DNA from: a virus
Taxonomy: Duplodnaviria; Caudoviricetes
DNA length: 64,000 nt
Direction: 5' to 3' (one strand)
IMG/VR virus record: IMGVR_UViG_2883475777_000001
In this document: positions 1 to 9,640 of the stretch, piece after piece
Numbering within the stretch: position 1 is the first letter of the stretch
How the letters are laid out: every line of letters starts with the position of its first letter
Translations under genes and position numbers: made by a program
Notes under the pieces: model-generated
What the model was told of the DNA's origin: nothing
What the model saw: only the letters and a program-made list of their open reading frames with translations
Databases searched by the model: none

Positions 1-1845
1 CAACAGTAAGGGGCGTGTCGCTTCATCTTCCGGGACTTCCCGCCAAGCGAGACACAGCGTACCACCAGGGTGTCCAACCAGGCTCACTTCATTGCCACCA
101 CCGTCAGCGCGAAACACCAAAATGTGCCCGGCATCCGTCCCAGCAGCAACTAGGACACCGTCCGGACTGAAAGTTATGGATCGAATCGCGCCTCCAGCGC
201 AATCGACGCTGTGCAGATCTCCACCCGTCTCAATATCGCGTATCCGCACGATTCCATCATCATGCCCTGACGCGAGAACGTTCTCCGCAGTTGGTGAAAA
301 CGCCAGACAAGGCGCACCGCCCACGCCTTCAACGCTAAGCCGCAAGGCCGCACTTCCGTCAGCAAGTCGAAACACTTGAACATTAGATGATTCTGGTGAC
401 GCGCGACCGTCGCTGACTTCGTGAACAAGAGCGTTGGGGGTCAATGTCAAATGAAGTCGCTCACCTCCTACATCAATTGGAACGTCGGGAATCTCGACGT
501 CAAATGAGTAGGTATCTGTAATCTGGATTGTGATAGTCTGGGACGGGAAGACAAGGTTGTGATCACCGACTACATTTGCCAATCGGATGTCGATTTTGCA
601 GACTCGCGGCGACAGGGACGTCGCATCGAACGATCTTCTCCCAAGTCGTTCCCAAAGCGCCGTTGCCAGGCTGAGTGTGGAATCCGAGCTCAGTGATGGT
701 CCATCTAGCCACGCATCCAGCTGCGTTGCTAAATAATCTCGCAAGTTCCCCGCGAGGAATGTGTCTACATCGTGCCGGATTCGAAGGATTACATCCCGTA
801 GCCATACTTTGGGAAACTGGATACGTAGAACACGAACAGTTTCTTCCGAGAGTACGACACATGCTTCTCGAAGTACATTGGCTGCTATTCTTGCAGCGAC
901 GTCCGTCAGTATCTGGGCAACGAGCGAAGCGCGGTCAAAGCCACCATCAAATTCCCGGATAAAGCCCGCCAATTGATCGACATGAAAATCTGCCAATTCA
1001 TCTTCTGCATTGGTGTTCTTTATCTCAGCAGTCAATTGCGCTAAGGGGAGCGCGGTGCCAAACGCAAATGGGCCAGACACAACGTCTGAACCGTCACTAC
1101 GACGAATTCTATATCGCGCTGCCCCTAGGAAGCGGTTGATGGCTTGCACTCGTTCGTCGATCTCGGAGATCAGGTCGTCATACACTCCTTCGCCTCGCGC
1201 AAGAGTGCGTCTTGCGAAGACCAACGTAGCGACAAGCCCTGCATAGTCTCCTGCGGACGGTTCAAGCGGTCGAGCTGTGTCCGGATCTCCCAGCCAATTG
1301 CAGTAGTTTGCTGTAAGGTCTCCTTGAGCGTTTGCAGTTGAGTCGTCGACAGTGTCAGCTCGCAACATGTAACCCCAGCCCATGGCAGGGAGAGCATCTG
1401 GTTCACCGTATCCCTTAGTAATCGATCCCAGTCTACGAAGCGCGCGAAGAATCCTAACTGCTAAATCGACCGGCTCGTGGTCGTTCGTGATGATCGCTTC
1501 TGATGCGAACGCGAGAACTGCCAGCGCTGAATGCAAAAGAGAATACTCATGCTCTATCCCAAGAAGCCCTTCTATCTCAAGTCGATCTGGATCAGTTGCT
1601 TGGCCGATGAGTCGCGTTGCGCACACCGAACGAGCTGGATAGTCCACGGGGTCACCAGCATCCTCACCTTCCCAGCGCAAGAACGGCACTAATTCACCAC
1701 GTCGTGCCCAGCGGAGATTGGGAGGGTCGGCACGATTGCATTCGTGCTCATCTGCAACATCCGAAAGTGGCCCCACCGGTCCCAGCAGCAATCTCTCGCG
1801 ATACCTCGCATATAATTCTAGCCACTCCTGTTGAGAGATAATCAT
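1..1845 (-). CDS. Large protein with WD40-like repeats, partial (runs off left edge; 615 aa visible); absent from ORF track
   Basis: Hand translation: ATG at 1845 overlapping the upstream TGA (ATGA), stop-free to base 1. Last ~125 aa include CLAFSPTAENVLASGHDDGIVRIRDIETG and IRSITFSPDGVLVAAGTDAGHI (WD40-like). Confidence 0.8.
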   Translation of the reverse strand, partial: MIISQQEWLELYARYRERLLLGPVGPLSDVADEHECNRADPPNLRWARRGELVPFLRWEGEDAGDPVDYPARSVCATRLIGQATDPDRLEIEGLLGIEHEYSLLHSALAVLAFASEAIITNDHEPVDLAVRILRALRRLGSITKGYGEPDALPAMGWGYMLRADTVDDSTANAQGDLTANYCNWLGDPDTARPLEPSAGDYAGLVATLVFARRTLARGEGVYDDLISEIDERVQAINRFLGAARYRIRRSDGSDVVSGPFAFGTALPLAQLTAEIKNTNAEDELADFHVDQLAGFIREFDGGFDRASLVAQILTDVAARIAANVLREACVVLSEETVRVLRIQFPKVWLRDVILRIRHDVDTFLAGNLRDYLATQLDAWLDGPSLSSDSTLSLATALWERLGRRSFDATSLSPRVCKIDIRLANVVGDHNLVFPSQTITIQITDTYSFDVEIPDVPIDVGGERLHLTLTPNALVHEVSDGRASPESSNVQVFRLADGSAALRLSVEGVGGAPCLAFSPTAENVLASGHDDGIVRIRDIETGGDLHSVDCAGGAIRSITFSPDGVLVAAGTDAGHILVFRADGGGNEVSLVGHPGGTLCLAWREVPEDEATRPLLL

Positions 1846-2198
1846 GTCGCGCCCAACTCGTCGCACTGGTTCAGTGATGATAGGTGTGGGTCTGTCTCAA
1901 ACCCTCTATCAACTAATTCGATGTGAATCGCGCCCTGCAACCCAGCCGCGTCTGCAACGATAGAAATAGACACCTCACGCGATGCGCTTGAGCGAAGTGC
2001 AACACCAAATAGTGAATTCTTTGAGACGGCACTCGCTCCAGGTGTTGGTTGGTCTACTCCACCATCACCAACAGTAATCATTCCGCTTCCGCTCGAGCAC
2101 TGTACATATGCCCAACCGAAAATCGCCGAGTTGCCCAGCCGCGGATTGAGCTTAACGGAATAAGTTTCACCTGCAGAGAGCTGAATTGGTAGTCGCAT
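1842..2198 (-). CDS. Hypothetical protein (118 aa)
   Basis: ORF translationally coupled to the 1845 ORF; no recognised motif. Confidence 0.6.
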   Translation of the reverse strand: MRLPIQLSAGETYSVKLNPRLGNSAIFGWAYVQCSSGSGMITVGDGGVDQPTPGASAVSKNSLFGVALRSSASREVSISIVADAAGLQGAIHIELVDRGFETDPHLSSLNQCDELGAT

Positions 2199-2208
2199 AC
2201 GTGATTCC

Positions 2209-2718
2209 TTAAGCGTCGATCTTCCGTTCGCCGAGTAGGACGATTACATTGGCCTGTTTGTATGGGGGCACAGCAACGTCCTTCAAATCAATCTTGAGCG
2301 GATCATCTGTGTCGTCAGCTGCACTTACAAGCGAAAAGCGAAAGTCGGCGGCAGCATCCAGTCGGTTGGTAAATACAGCACTCAGCGCCACGCGCTTAGA
2401 GAACGCAATCTCAGATTTAGGGACTCTAAACACAAACGTACCTGCGGAATCAGATCGCGCGGGTGACCGAAAGTACGGATCCGGTTCAAACCGAATGATT
2501 TTCGTCGGTGCGTCGGTAAACGCCTCGTGGGAATAATAGGATTCACCGTTTCCGGGAGTCCTCGACCCATCGGCGACGCTAGCCACGATTGGCCCGCCTG
2601 AGAATCGAACAGTGACAACGTACTCCAACCCGGCTGAAGTATCCTCAGTGATTCGATACAGCCAAATCCGTTCGCTGGCAGCATCCGCGCCGTCTAATAC
2701 CGGGTCGAGCAGTGGCAT
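2209..2718 (-). CDS. Hypothetical protein (169 aa)
   Basis: ORF 10 bp from the next gene, same strand; start uncertain (frame is open somewhat further upstream). Confidence 0.6.
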   Translation of the reverse strand: MPLLDPVLDGADAASERIWLYRITEDTSAGLEYVVTVRFSGGPIVASVADGSRTPGNGESYYSHEAFTDAPTKIIRFEPDPYFRSPARSDSAGTFVFRVPKSEIAFSKRVALSAVFTNRLDAAADFRFSLVSAADDTDDPLKIDLKDVAVPPYKQANVIVLLGERKIDA

Positions 2719-2891
2719 TTCTAAACTCCGCAGGACAATTACATCTGATTGTTCAGGACCTGTTTTGAGAAGGACCAGACTCCCAACAGTGTTCGAAGTC
2801 GAGACGTATTTTAGCCGATGGCGGCCAAATCGCTAGCACGCGACGCAAATTGCCTATTCTGCCTGCTGCTGGCCGCGCCAATTGTAATCAA

Positions 2892-3611
2892 TCAAAGCAA
2901 CTTCCATTCCCTATTCAGTGAGTCGGACGTCGCCACCCAGGGCGTCCGATGGTTCGCGCGATACCACTCGGGCGTCCGGTTGTTCTCACCCTTTTCGTAG
3001 CCGATGTTCTGGATGCGGCTGAGGATCGGGAACACCTCGCGGCGCGTGCGACGGTACTGGGATCGGAACTGGCACGTGAAGCACTTTCGGTTGCGGAAGC
3101 ACCAATTGACGATCAGCCACGTCAATCGCGATCGGTCGACCGCCCATCCCCACGGTGTCCAGATCGGGCGTGTGTCGCAGACATGGGAGCGGTCAACGCT
3201 TGGCTCGGTCTTCGGTTTGTTGTAACCGGACGCGAGCAGAATCTGATGGCCGTCCGACGACTTTACGTCGGGGATCAGCAGATCACGAACGGCCCAGTCG
3301 AAATAGCGGAGCGCGTCGGGACTGAGAACGGTGTCGTCTTCGAGGTGAACCATCACGTCGGCCCGTAGGTTGAATGCGCGGAGCACCGCCTCGTGCGTGT
3401 TCTTGTTCAGCCCAAGTCGCTTCTCGTTGACGACCAGACGCATCTCGCAGGCATCCCACTCGCGAAAAGCAGCAATGACTTCTTCGTTGCCGGGTTCGAC
3501 GTTCGGCAGCAACAGCCAGTCGGCGATCCCGTCGCACTTCGCCAGCGAGGCTAACACTTCGCGCGTGTACGCCGGCCGGCGATATGACGTCATCGTGATT
3601 ACGCGGAGCAT
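2892..3611 (-). CDS. GT-A fold glycosyltransferase
   Basis: N-terminal ITMTSYRRPAYTREVLASL, HLEDD (DxD-like), TPWGWA, SRIQNIG. Confidence 0.75.
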   Translation of the reverse strand: MLRVITMTSYRRPAYTREVLASLAKCDGIADWLLLPNVEPGNEEVIAAFREWDACEMRLVVNEKRLGLNKNTHEAVLRAFNLRADVMVHLEDDTVLSPDALRYFDWAVRDLLIPDVKSSDGHQILLASGYNKPKTEPSVDRSHVCDTRPIWTPWGWAVDRSRLTWLIVNWCFRNRKCFTCQFRSQYRRTRREVFPILSRIQNIGYEKGENNRTPEWYRANHRTPWVATSDSLNREWKLL

Positions 3612-3613
3612 AG

Positions 3614-4225
3614 CTATTCATCCTTGTGCACGTAGATGGCGTCCTGGTGCGTAGAGTGCCGGTTGTAGTCGGCCACACGGACGTAGCCTTGCTTTGTCAG
3701 GAATGCATCGAGCGCCTTCGGATCACACCAGTCAGTGGCCGGGCAGTGTCCACCGCGACGCTCTTCGAGATTGATCCAGCGAACGCGGCCAGACGCGAGT
3801 AGCCGACGGCCACTCCGCAAGGCAGATAGTTCGCTCCCCTCGATGTCGAGCCACAGGAGGATGCGCTCCTGCTCACCCATGTTCACGTCAAACCGGTCGA
3901 GCGTCCAAACCTCGACCTGGCAAGTGGCGTTGGCATAAGGCACCGGCAGAAGGCTGCAGCACTTCAGGTCGTGCGTTGGCACGTGGAGCGTGGCAGCCCC
4001 CTCGTTTTCGCCGATCGCAACCCTGGCCAGCGGGCCAGGAAAGTCCGCATCGAGCAGTTTCTCGTGCTGGACCGGATGTGGTTCGCAACCAAACACATGC
4101 ATGGCTGAGTATTTGCGACTCAGCGTTCGCCATTCGGTTTTTGGTCCAACACCGATGTCGTAGAGCGCGCCAGGGACGCCATGAATGAAACGGCAGATAA
4201 CGGATTCATACTGTTGTTGGTTCAT
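3614..4225 (-). CDS. FkbM-family SAM-dependent methyltransferase
   Basis: YDIGVG, GCEPHP, RVAIG, TLD, LWLDIEGSELSALRSG. Start moved to 4225 (AAGGAGG RBS upstream). Confidence 0.85.
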   Translation of the reverse strand: MNQQQYESVICRFIHGVPGALYDIGVGPKTEWRTLSRKYSAMHVFGCEPHPVQHEKLLDADFPGPLARVAIGENEGAATLHVPTHDLKCCSLLPVPYANATCQVEVWTLDRFDVNMGEQERILLWLDIEGSELSALRSGRRLLASGRVRWINLEERRGGHCPATDWCDPKALDAFLTKQGYVRVADYNRHSTHQDAIYVHKDE

Positions 4226-4934
4226 CTTCAGCCTCCTTGAGTTCCGCGTTCGCCAGCCGCAACCAATCGGCATCCCAGCGTGGCTTCACCTTCTCGATCC
4301 GCTGCGCCGGTGCTTGTCCGAGCCGTTCGTAACCGTTCGCGCCCATCGCCGAGATATGCGTCGAGTGCGCGGTGAACCAGCGATAGACATAGCTGGGACG
4401 TGGGTCGTACTGGATCGGGTCGGCACGACGCAGCTTGGCGGCCTTGAAACGCCGCAACAGTCCCTGGTCCTGGCCGCTTTGGATGAACGGGTAGCCTCCA
4501 ACCCGCTCGAATGCCTCTCGGCGGAACGACCACGCGCCGTGAAACAGGTACTGGTTCGACTTCCGCTGCACTCGGTTTCGCTTGTCGTTGTAGATGACCG
4601 TGGGAATCGTATAGTCTGCCTCGGCCAACACAGCGGCCGCTGCGGTCATGTGCCACGGCAGGTAAACGTCGTCGTCATCCCACACGCAGTAGGCGTCAAT
4701 GTTTGGGGACACCAGTCCGGCGCTGGCGTTGCGCTTTTCGCCCAACGTGCGGAACCGAAACGGAAGGGATACGATCCGCCAGCCGTCACCTTCCTGGTTC
4801 TCGTACTGGCCGGCATCGTCCAGCACAATCAGTTCGCGGAGGTCTGCCGGGTAGTCCTGACGCAGGAAGCACTCAATGGCGGTCGCCAGTTCGTTGGGGC
4901 GTTTATATGTGCAGCAAATCGCGGCCAGCTTCAT
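4206..4934 (-). CDS. Glycosyltransferase family 2-like
   Basis: AAICCTYKRP, ELIVLDDA, LGEKRN, CVWDDDDVY, GQDQGL. Confidence 0.85.
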   Translation of the reverse strand: MKLAAICCTYKRPNELATAIECFLRQDYPADLRELIVLDDAGQYENQEGDGWRIVSLPFRFRTLGEKRNASAGLVSPNIDAYCVWDDDDVYLPWHMTAAAAVLAEADYTIPTVIYNDKRNRVQRKSNQYLFHGAWSFRREAFERVGGYPFIQSGQDQGLLRRFKAAKLRRADPIQYDPRPSYVYRWFTAHSTHISAMGANGYERLGQAPAQRIEKVKPRWDADWLRLANAELKEAEDEPTTV

Positions 4935-5610
4935 GCCGTTCTCCTTTCAACCAGGCTTCGCAGGCGCGAAGCAACCGTGTGCGATGTGCGACGTGGCCCT
5001 TCCAGTTGCGACCGTGGATCGAGTGCGGCGCGGGCAATTCGTTCACGGCGACGCGGTGGACCCGATTGAGTCGGCCCGATTCGCTCATGGCGACGTAGCT
5101 GAAGATGATGTCCTCACCGTTGCCGGCCGGCTTGCCACCTTGCTGCACGTTGGCGAACGCAGGGGCGACCTGAAAGAACTGCGAGGCGTAGCGGCGATGG
5201 GCGACGAGAACGCGGGTCAGCACGATAGGCGACTCGGTGTCGCCGCCAATGTTGCGGGCATACGAGCCATCGGGTTTCGGCGCACGACCGAAGACTCCGT
5301 GGATGATGCCGAAGTCGTCGTGCCACGCATCGACAAGCGTGCGTAGCGATTCGGCCGGCAATTCAAGATCGTCGTCTTGAATCAACACGCAATCGTTGGT
5401 GGCCAGGCACGCGGTCGCAAACCGCGTGTAGAGTCCCATGTCCTGCGCCGCGTTGACCACGTTGGCCCACTGGTGGCGAAACGTCGCGGCCGGGTTGTTG
5501 TTCCAGACAATGGCCTCGGTCACGATGCCGCTCGCCTGCCAGCCCGACAGGATACGGGCCACGTTCGTCGGTCGCTTCCAATTCAGAATGACGCCGGTGA
5601 CGTTGTTCAT
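4903..5610 (-). CDS. GT-A glycosyltransferase, GT64/EXTL-like
   Basis: VILNWKRP, IVWNNN, YTRFATAC...VLIQDDDL, GEDIIFS resemble the exostosin C-terminal (GT64) pattern. Confidence 0.6.
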   Translation of the reverse strand: MNNVTGVILNWKRPTNVARILSGWQASGIVTEAIVWNNNPAATFRHQWANVVNAAQDMGLYTRFATACLATNDCVLIQDDDLELPAESLRTLVDAWHDDFGIIHGVFGRAPKPDGSYARNIGGDTESPIVLTRVLVAHRRYASQFFQVAPAFANVQQGGKPAGNGEDIIFSYVAMSESGRLNRVHRVAVNELPAPHSIHGRNWKGHVAHRTRLLRACEAWLKGERHEAGRDLLHI

Positions 5611-6659
5611 GCGGCCGCCCTCCGTTCGGTGTTGATGGCTTCAAAAAGGCGTTTCCAGCCGGCCCACAGCACGTTGGGACTGGCCAATTCGTTGACGAGC
5701 CGCTCGCGAGCGGCGTTGATGATTCGCATCCGCAGCGTTTCGTCATAAGCGAGCACGGCGGTGTGGTGGGCCAGTTCCTCGTCGCAACTGCCGAGAAAGC
5801 CGGTCACGCCATGCTCGATCATTTCGCGCCAGCCCCAATCATTCTGGGCGACCACAGCCACGCCTGCGGCCATCGCCTCCAGCCCGACACGAGGCCAGTT
5901 CTCGCGAGCGCCGCCATTGACGGGCAACGTGCAGTGCAACTGGCGGAAGTAATCGTGCGCGGGCAAAGCCATCGGCTTCAGGCAATCAGCCCACTCCGGC
6001 GGTGCGCCGAGCTTTTGATGCGTCCGTTCGTCCATGCCGAGCATCAGCGCCCGCTTGTTGCGGTACTGGATGCGGTTGTAGATGGGCCAGGTGTTACTCG
6101 ACCACTTATCGAGGTCAGGCCGTGCGGCTCGGCCAACGACAATTGCTTCACCATCGGCGTGCGGCCGCGGGTTAAACTCCCACTCCTCGAAGTCGAACGC
6201 GCCGCGAATCAGATTACCGAGTCCTGGGGTGTAGCCGAGCTTCGTCAGTTCCGGCTCGAGCATCGATCGCTGGAATTCGGACTGGAACACAAAGGCGTCG
6301 AACGGACCGGACTCGCGATAAAACTTTCGCTCCGCATCGAACAGCCAGGTCATGCAGTTAACCCATGCCAGTCGGCAGCCAAGTTCGCGCAGGCGTTTCG
6401 CATTGGCCAGAAACGCCGCATTGCAGAAGCTAACCACCGTCGCACCGGCCAAACCGGGCACCTGATCGAGCGTTTCCGGCGTCGCAGTATGCGTCGTACA
6501 ACCCAGCGCGTCGACGCGGGATCGCCACTTGGCGTCGGTCCCCCAAGTCGCGATCAGGTGAACGTCAGCATCGAATCGTCGCCACAGTTTGACCGTGTGC
6601 CAGGCCTCGGTGCATGCGCCGCCGAGGTCGCCCGGATAACCCATCAGAAATACTCGCAT
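5607..6659 (-). CDS. GT-B glycosyltransferase (GT4-like)
   Basis: ENWPRVGLEAMAAGVAVVA...EMIEHGVTGFL (ExxxxxxxE motif). Confidence 0.85.
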   Translation of the reverse strand: MRVFLMGYPGDLGGACTEAWHTVKLWRRFDADVHLIATWGTDAKWRSRVDALGCTTHTATPETLDQVPGLAGATVVSFCNAAFLANAKRLRELGCRLAWVNCMTWLFDAERKFYRESGPFDAFVFQSEFQRSMLEPELTKLGYTPGLGNLIRGAFDFEEWEFNPRPHADGEAIVVGRAARPDLDKWSSNTWPIYNRIQYRNKRALMLGMDERTHQKLGAPPEWADCLKPMALPAHDYFRQLHCTLPVNGGARENWPRVGLEAMAAGVAVVAQNDWGWREMIEHGVTGFLGSCDEELAHHTAVLAYDETLRMRIINAARERLVNELASPNVLWAGWKRLFEAINTERRAAA

Positions 6660-6673
6660 CGTTGTCTGCTCCG

Positions 6674-8845
6674 TTAGGGAATTGATTCAGAAGAACTCGG
6701 CAGCTCTGGCGTCGATGGTGATTCGCTTGCGCTGGGCGTACTCGACGAAGGCAATTCGGGTTCGGTGCTACTGCTTGACGATTCACTCGAACTGGACGAT
6801 GTCGGAACCGGCGGCGGCACAGTGGAACTGCTGGGAGTCGGCGAACCGCTACCCGAAGGCATCGGCGTGGAGCTGCTGGCACTTGGTGTTGGGACGGCGC
6901 TGGACTCACTCGACGAACTGCTTTCCGCCGATGAGGACGAACTCGACGACGAACTGCTATCGACCGAACTTGGAGTTGGCCCGCTGCTCGGCGGCTCGGT
7001 GCTTGAAGATGGCAGGCTGTCGCTGCTCGACGAGCCCGATGTCGAACTCGAGGGAACAGAATTCGACGAGGAGCTGCCGCTCGAAGATGGATGGCTGCTC
7101 GATGACGAACTCGACGACGACGAACTGCTTGAACTTTCGGACGACGGACTGCTGCTGGAACTACTCGACGAAGGAAGGCTGGATGACGGTTGGATGCTAC
7201 TGCTCGAAGATGGCTCGCTGCTGGAGGACGAACTCGATGAAGGTTCGCTCGACGAGCTTGACGACGATGAGCTGGAAGAGCTGCTGCTCGACGACGAACT
7301 ACTGCTGCTGGAACTGCTGGACGAGGACTCGCTGGAGGACGAACTTGAACTGCTGCTGGACGACGGTTCGCTACTTGAGGAAGAACTTGACGACGAGCTG
7401 CTCGATGAACTGGATGAAGACGAACTCGACGAGTTGCTCGATGAAGGCTCGCTGGATGACGAACTTGAACTGCTACTACTACTGCTCGATGAGCTCGAAC
7501 TTGACGACGAGCTGGATGAACTCGGAGGGACGCTCGATGAGTTGGACGAACTGGACGGGCAAGGACACTTCGGTACGCAGATCTTCTTGCCGCAGATTGT
7601 GATCTCCCAGCAATCGCCAGCGTCTTGCACGTCGAAGTGCGCGCATGGGTCAGGTGCCGACGTGCTTGGTGACGACGAACTCGCCTCGCAACAGATTGGC
7701 ACTTCGCAGTCGTCAGTGTCGTCGATCGACACCAGCTGTCCGCACACAAACGTGAGACGCTGCGTCGGAAACCGGATCGTGTCCCCGTATCGTTCGGGGC
7801 ATGGCAGCAGCGTATCGACCGTCGTGGTCAGACCTTGACCGGGCGGGCACGACGGTTCGCTGGACGATCCCGACGAACTACTCTCGCTGGAACTGCTCGA
7901 CGACGAACTCGACGAGGACGAACTGGAGGACGACGAGCTGCTCGATGAACTCGACGAGGACGAAGAACTGGACGAACTCGACGAGTCGCAGCATCCTTCG
8001 CCGAGTTGCACGACTTCCCACTTGCGGCTGTCGGCCATCCATTTGGCCCAACCGAACGTGCCGGCCGGCACGCTGTCCGCCGGATCACAGCACTCGCCCG
8101 ATGATTGCGGTTGGCAAACGTCGGGGCAAACCACGCCGATTGAATCGTAGACGGTGAACGGGCAGTCGACCTCGCACCATTTCAAGTCGTCCGGCATCGG
8201 CGTCGGACAAGGCGGATTGGTTTTCGAGCCATCGTAGATGACCCGCACCGCCGAAGCGGAGCCGCAACGGGAAAGCGGCGTGATCAGCTTGAAACGCCGC
8301 ATGTCGTCGGGGTAGTTCGACAACCGCACGACGGCCCATTGCCCGCCGGTTCCACCCTCTCGCCAGAGAATCTTGGCCGATCCGACGGGCCGGCTAGTCA
8401 GCGCCGTCGGATCGCAATGTTTGACGTCGGCGAACTCGTGGCAGGGGTCCTCGACCTCGATGTAAGCCGGGCAGACGCCCGAAACCCACGCCCGGCCGAT
8501 CTTGCCGTCGCGCAGCGGGTCCAGCAGAATCGCGAACCGCGTGAAGTGGCGAGGATGCTTCGGTTTGACGCCTTCCAGCGCGACTTGGTTTTTGAACTCG
8601 CGCAGATGATCGCCGGGTGAAATGATCGGCGAGTCGATGCCCAGCACATGAAACCGTAGGCGGTCGTCACCGCTGTTGTTGCGAACCTTGATGATGTCGC
8701 CCTGGCGAATCTGGTCCAGCGCCTCGGCGAGCTGGTCGTGCTTCTTCCCCTTCTGTTCTCGAACGGTGTCGAGAAACGAGTTCCAGACTTCCGCCGAGAC
8801 ATCGAGCGGCTGGCCGGCCTGCGTCTTTTTGAAGCGATCGGCCAT
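6674..8845 (-). CDS. Poly-serine, Cys-rich protein at the end of the tail module (putative tail fibre/adhesin)
   Basis: 723 aa: globular N-terminal ~285 aa, two poly-Ser tracts, Cys-rich linkers; lies two genes after the tape measure gene. Confidence 0.75.
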   Translation of the reverse strand: MADRFKKTQAGQPLDVSAEVWNSFLDTVREQKGKKHDQLAEALDQIRQGDIIKVRNNSGDDRLRFHVLGIDSPIISPGDHLREFKNQVALEGVKPKHPRHFTRFAILLDPLRDGKIGRAWVSGVCPAYIEVEDPCHEFADVKHCDPTALTSRPVGSAKILWREGGTGGQWAVVRLSNYPDDMRRFKLITPLSRCGSASAVRVIYDGSKTNPPCPTPMPDDLKWCEVDCPFTVYDSIGVVCPDVCQPQSSGECCDPADSVPAGTFGWAKWMADSRKWEVVQLGEGCCDSSSSSSSSSSSSSSSSSSSSSSSSSSSSSSSSSESSSSGSSSEPSCPPGQGLTTTVDTLLPCPERYGDTIRFPTQRLTFVCGQLVSIDDTDDCEVPICCEASSSSPSTSAPDPCAHFDVQDAGDCWEITICGKKICVPKCPCPSSSSNSSSVPPSSSSSSSSSSSSSSSSSSSSSSSSEPSSSNSSSSSSSSSSSSSSSSSSSSSEPSSSSSSSSSSSESSSSSSSSSSSSSSSSSSSSSSSSSSSEPSSSSSSSSEPSSSSSIQPSSSLPSSSSSSSSPSSESSSSSSSSSSSSSSHPSSSGSSSSNSVPSSSTSGSSSSDSLPSSSTEPPSSGPTPSSVDSSSSSSSSSSAESSSSSESSAVPTPSASSSTPMPSGSGSPTPSSSTVPPPVPTSSSSSESSSSSTEPELPSSSTPSASESPSTPELPSSSESIP
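6683..7554 (-). repeat. Low-complexity Ser-codon tract (C-terminal poly-Ser/Pro)
   Basis: Mixed TCN and AGY codons; imperfect tandem units such as gacgagctgctcgatgaactc on the + strand. Confidence 0.85.
7856..7986 (-). repeat. First poly-Ser tract
   Basis: About 40 near-consecutive Ser codons after GEGCCD. Confidence 0.85.
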
Positions 8846-8848
8846 GCC

Positions 8849-9634
8849 CTACGTCCCAATTCCGAGGCCAGCGAAACTCCCGTACTCGTAGACCCGCTCG
8901 ACGTAGGCGGCGATCGGCTTCTTGATCAGCACTTTGGCCGCGTTGTCCTCTTCGTCTGCGAAGCGCACCCAGAGATAATGCCAGCCTTCCTTGTCGATGC
9001 CGGCGATGTTGCCCAATTGCAGACCCGCCACGTTCGGGCTGGCCGCGAACCGGAACGTGATCTCCCAATCCTCGAAGCCACGCTTCGCGCCCGACGCGCC
9101 GAGGAATAGCACCTCGCCTTTGGCGAAGCCCTTGAACCCGGCGTCGTTGACGCGACCAGTCAGAAAGAAGAGCGTCGCCTTGTACGCGCCGGTCACCAGT
9201 GCATCGTCGATGTAATGCGTTTCGGTGAAGTTGTAGACCGGGACCGTGATGTCGGTCCCTTCAATCTGGTCCTGGTTGACGCCGATCGCGCTCTGAAAGT
9301 CGGGCGCGATCTCGCCGGGCGCGGGATAGCGATTGATCGTCTCGATGGCCTGACTGATGTGCTGCGTGCCGCCGCCGGTGTCGAAGGTGAACTGCGAATC
9401 GCTCTCGATCTTGACGTACTGGACGGAGCATTCCCAAACGCCGCCGCCGACCGTCTTGATCGTGAAGCTGTCGCGTTTGAGCCCGTCGTAGATCGCCGGC
9501 GCGGTTGCGGCCACGAGCGATTTGACCAGCAGATCGTCATCGGTGCCTTGGACGACATACAGAAGCTCGGTATTCGGGCTTTCGCTTTCCGTCGCCTCGC
9601 GGCTGTCGAATTTCTCATCAATGGTGATGGCCAT
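8849..9634 (-). CDS. Putative tail (distal/hub) protein
   Basis: 261 aa directly after the tape measure gene; call is positional only. Confidence 0.55.
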   Translation of the reverse strand: MAITIDEKFDSREATESESPNTELLYVVQGTDDDLLVKSLVAATAPAIYDGLKRDSFTIKTVGGGVWECSVQYVKIESDSQFTFDTGGGTQHISQAIETINRYPAPGEIAPDFQSAIGVNQDQIEGTDITVPVYNFTETHYIDDALVTGAYKATLFFLTGRVNDAGFKGFAKGEVLFLGASGAKRGFEDWEITFRFAASPNVAGLQLGNIAGIDKEGWHYLWVRFADEEDNAAKVLIKKPIAAYVERVYEYGSFAGLGIGT

Positions 9635-9640
9635 AACGAT

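Noticed and set aside
6765-7838. 357-aa Leu/Asp/Glu-repeat ORF on the + strand (and 6565-7749, 6682-7602)
   Set aside because: Antisense or alternate-frame shadows of the poly-Ser codons; no RBS or operon context.
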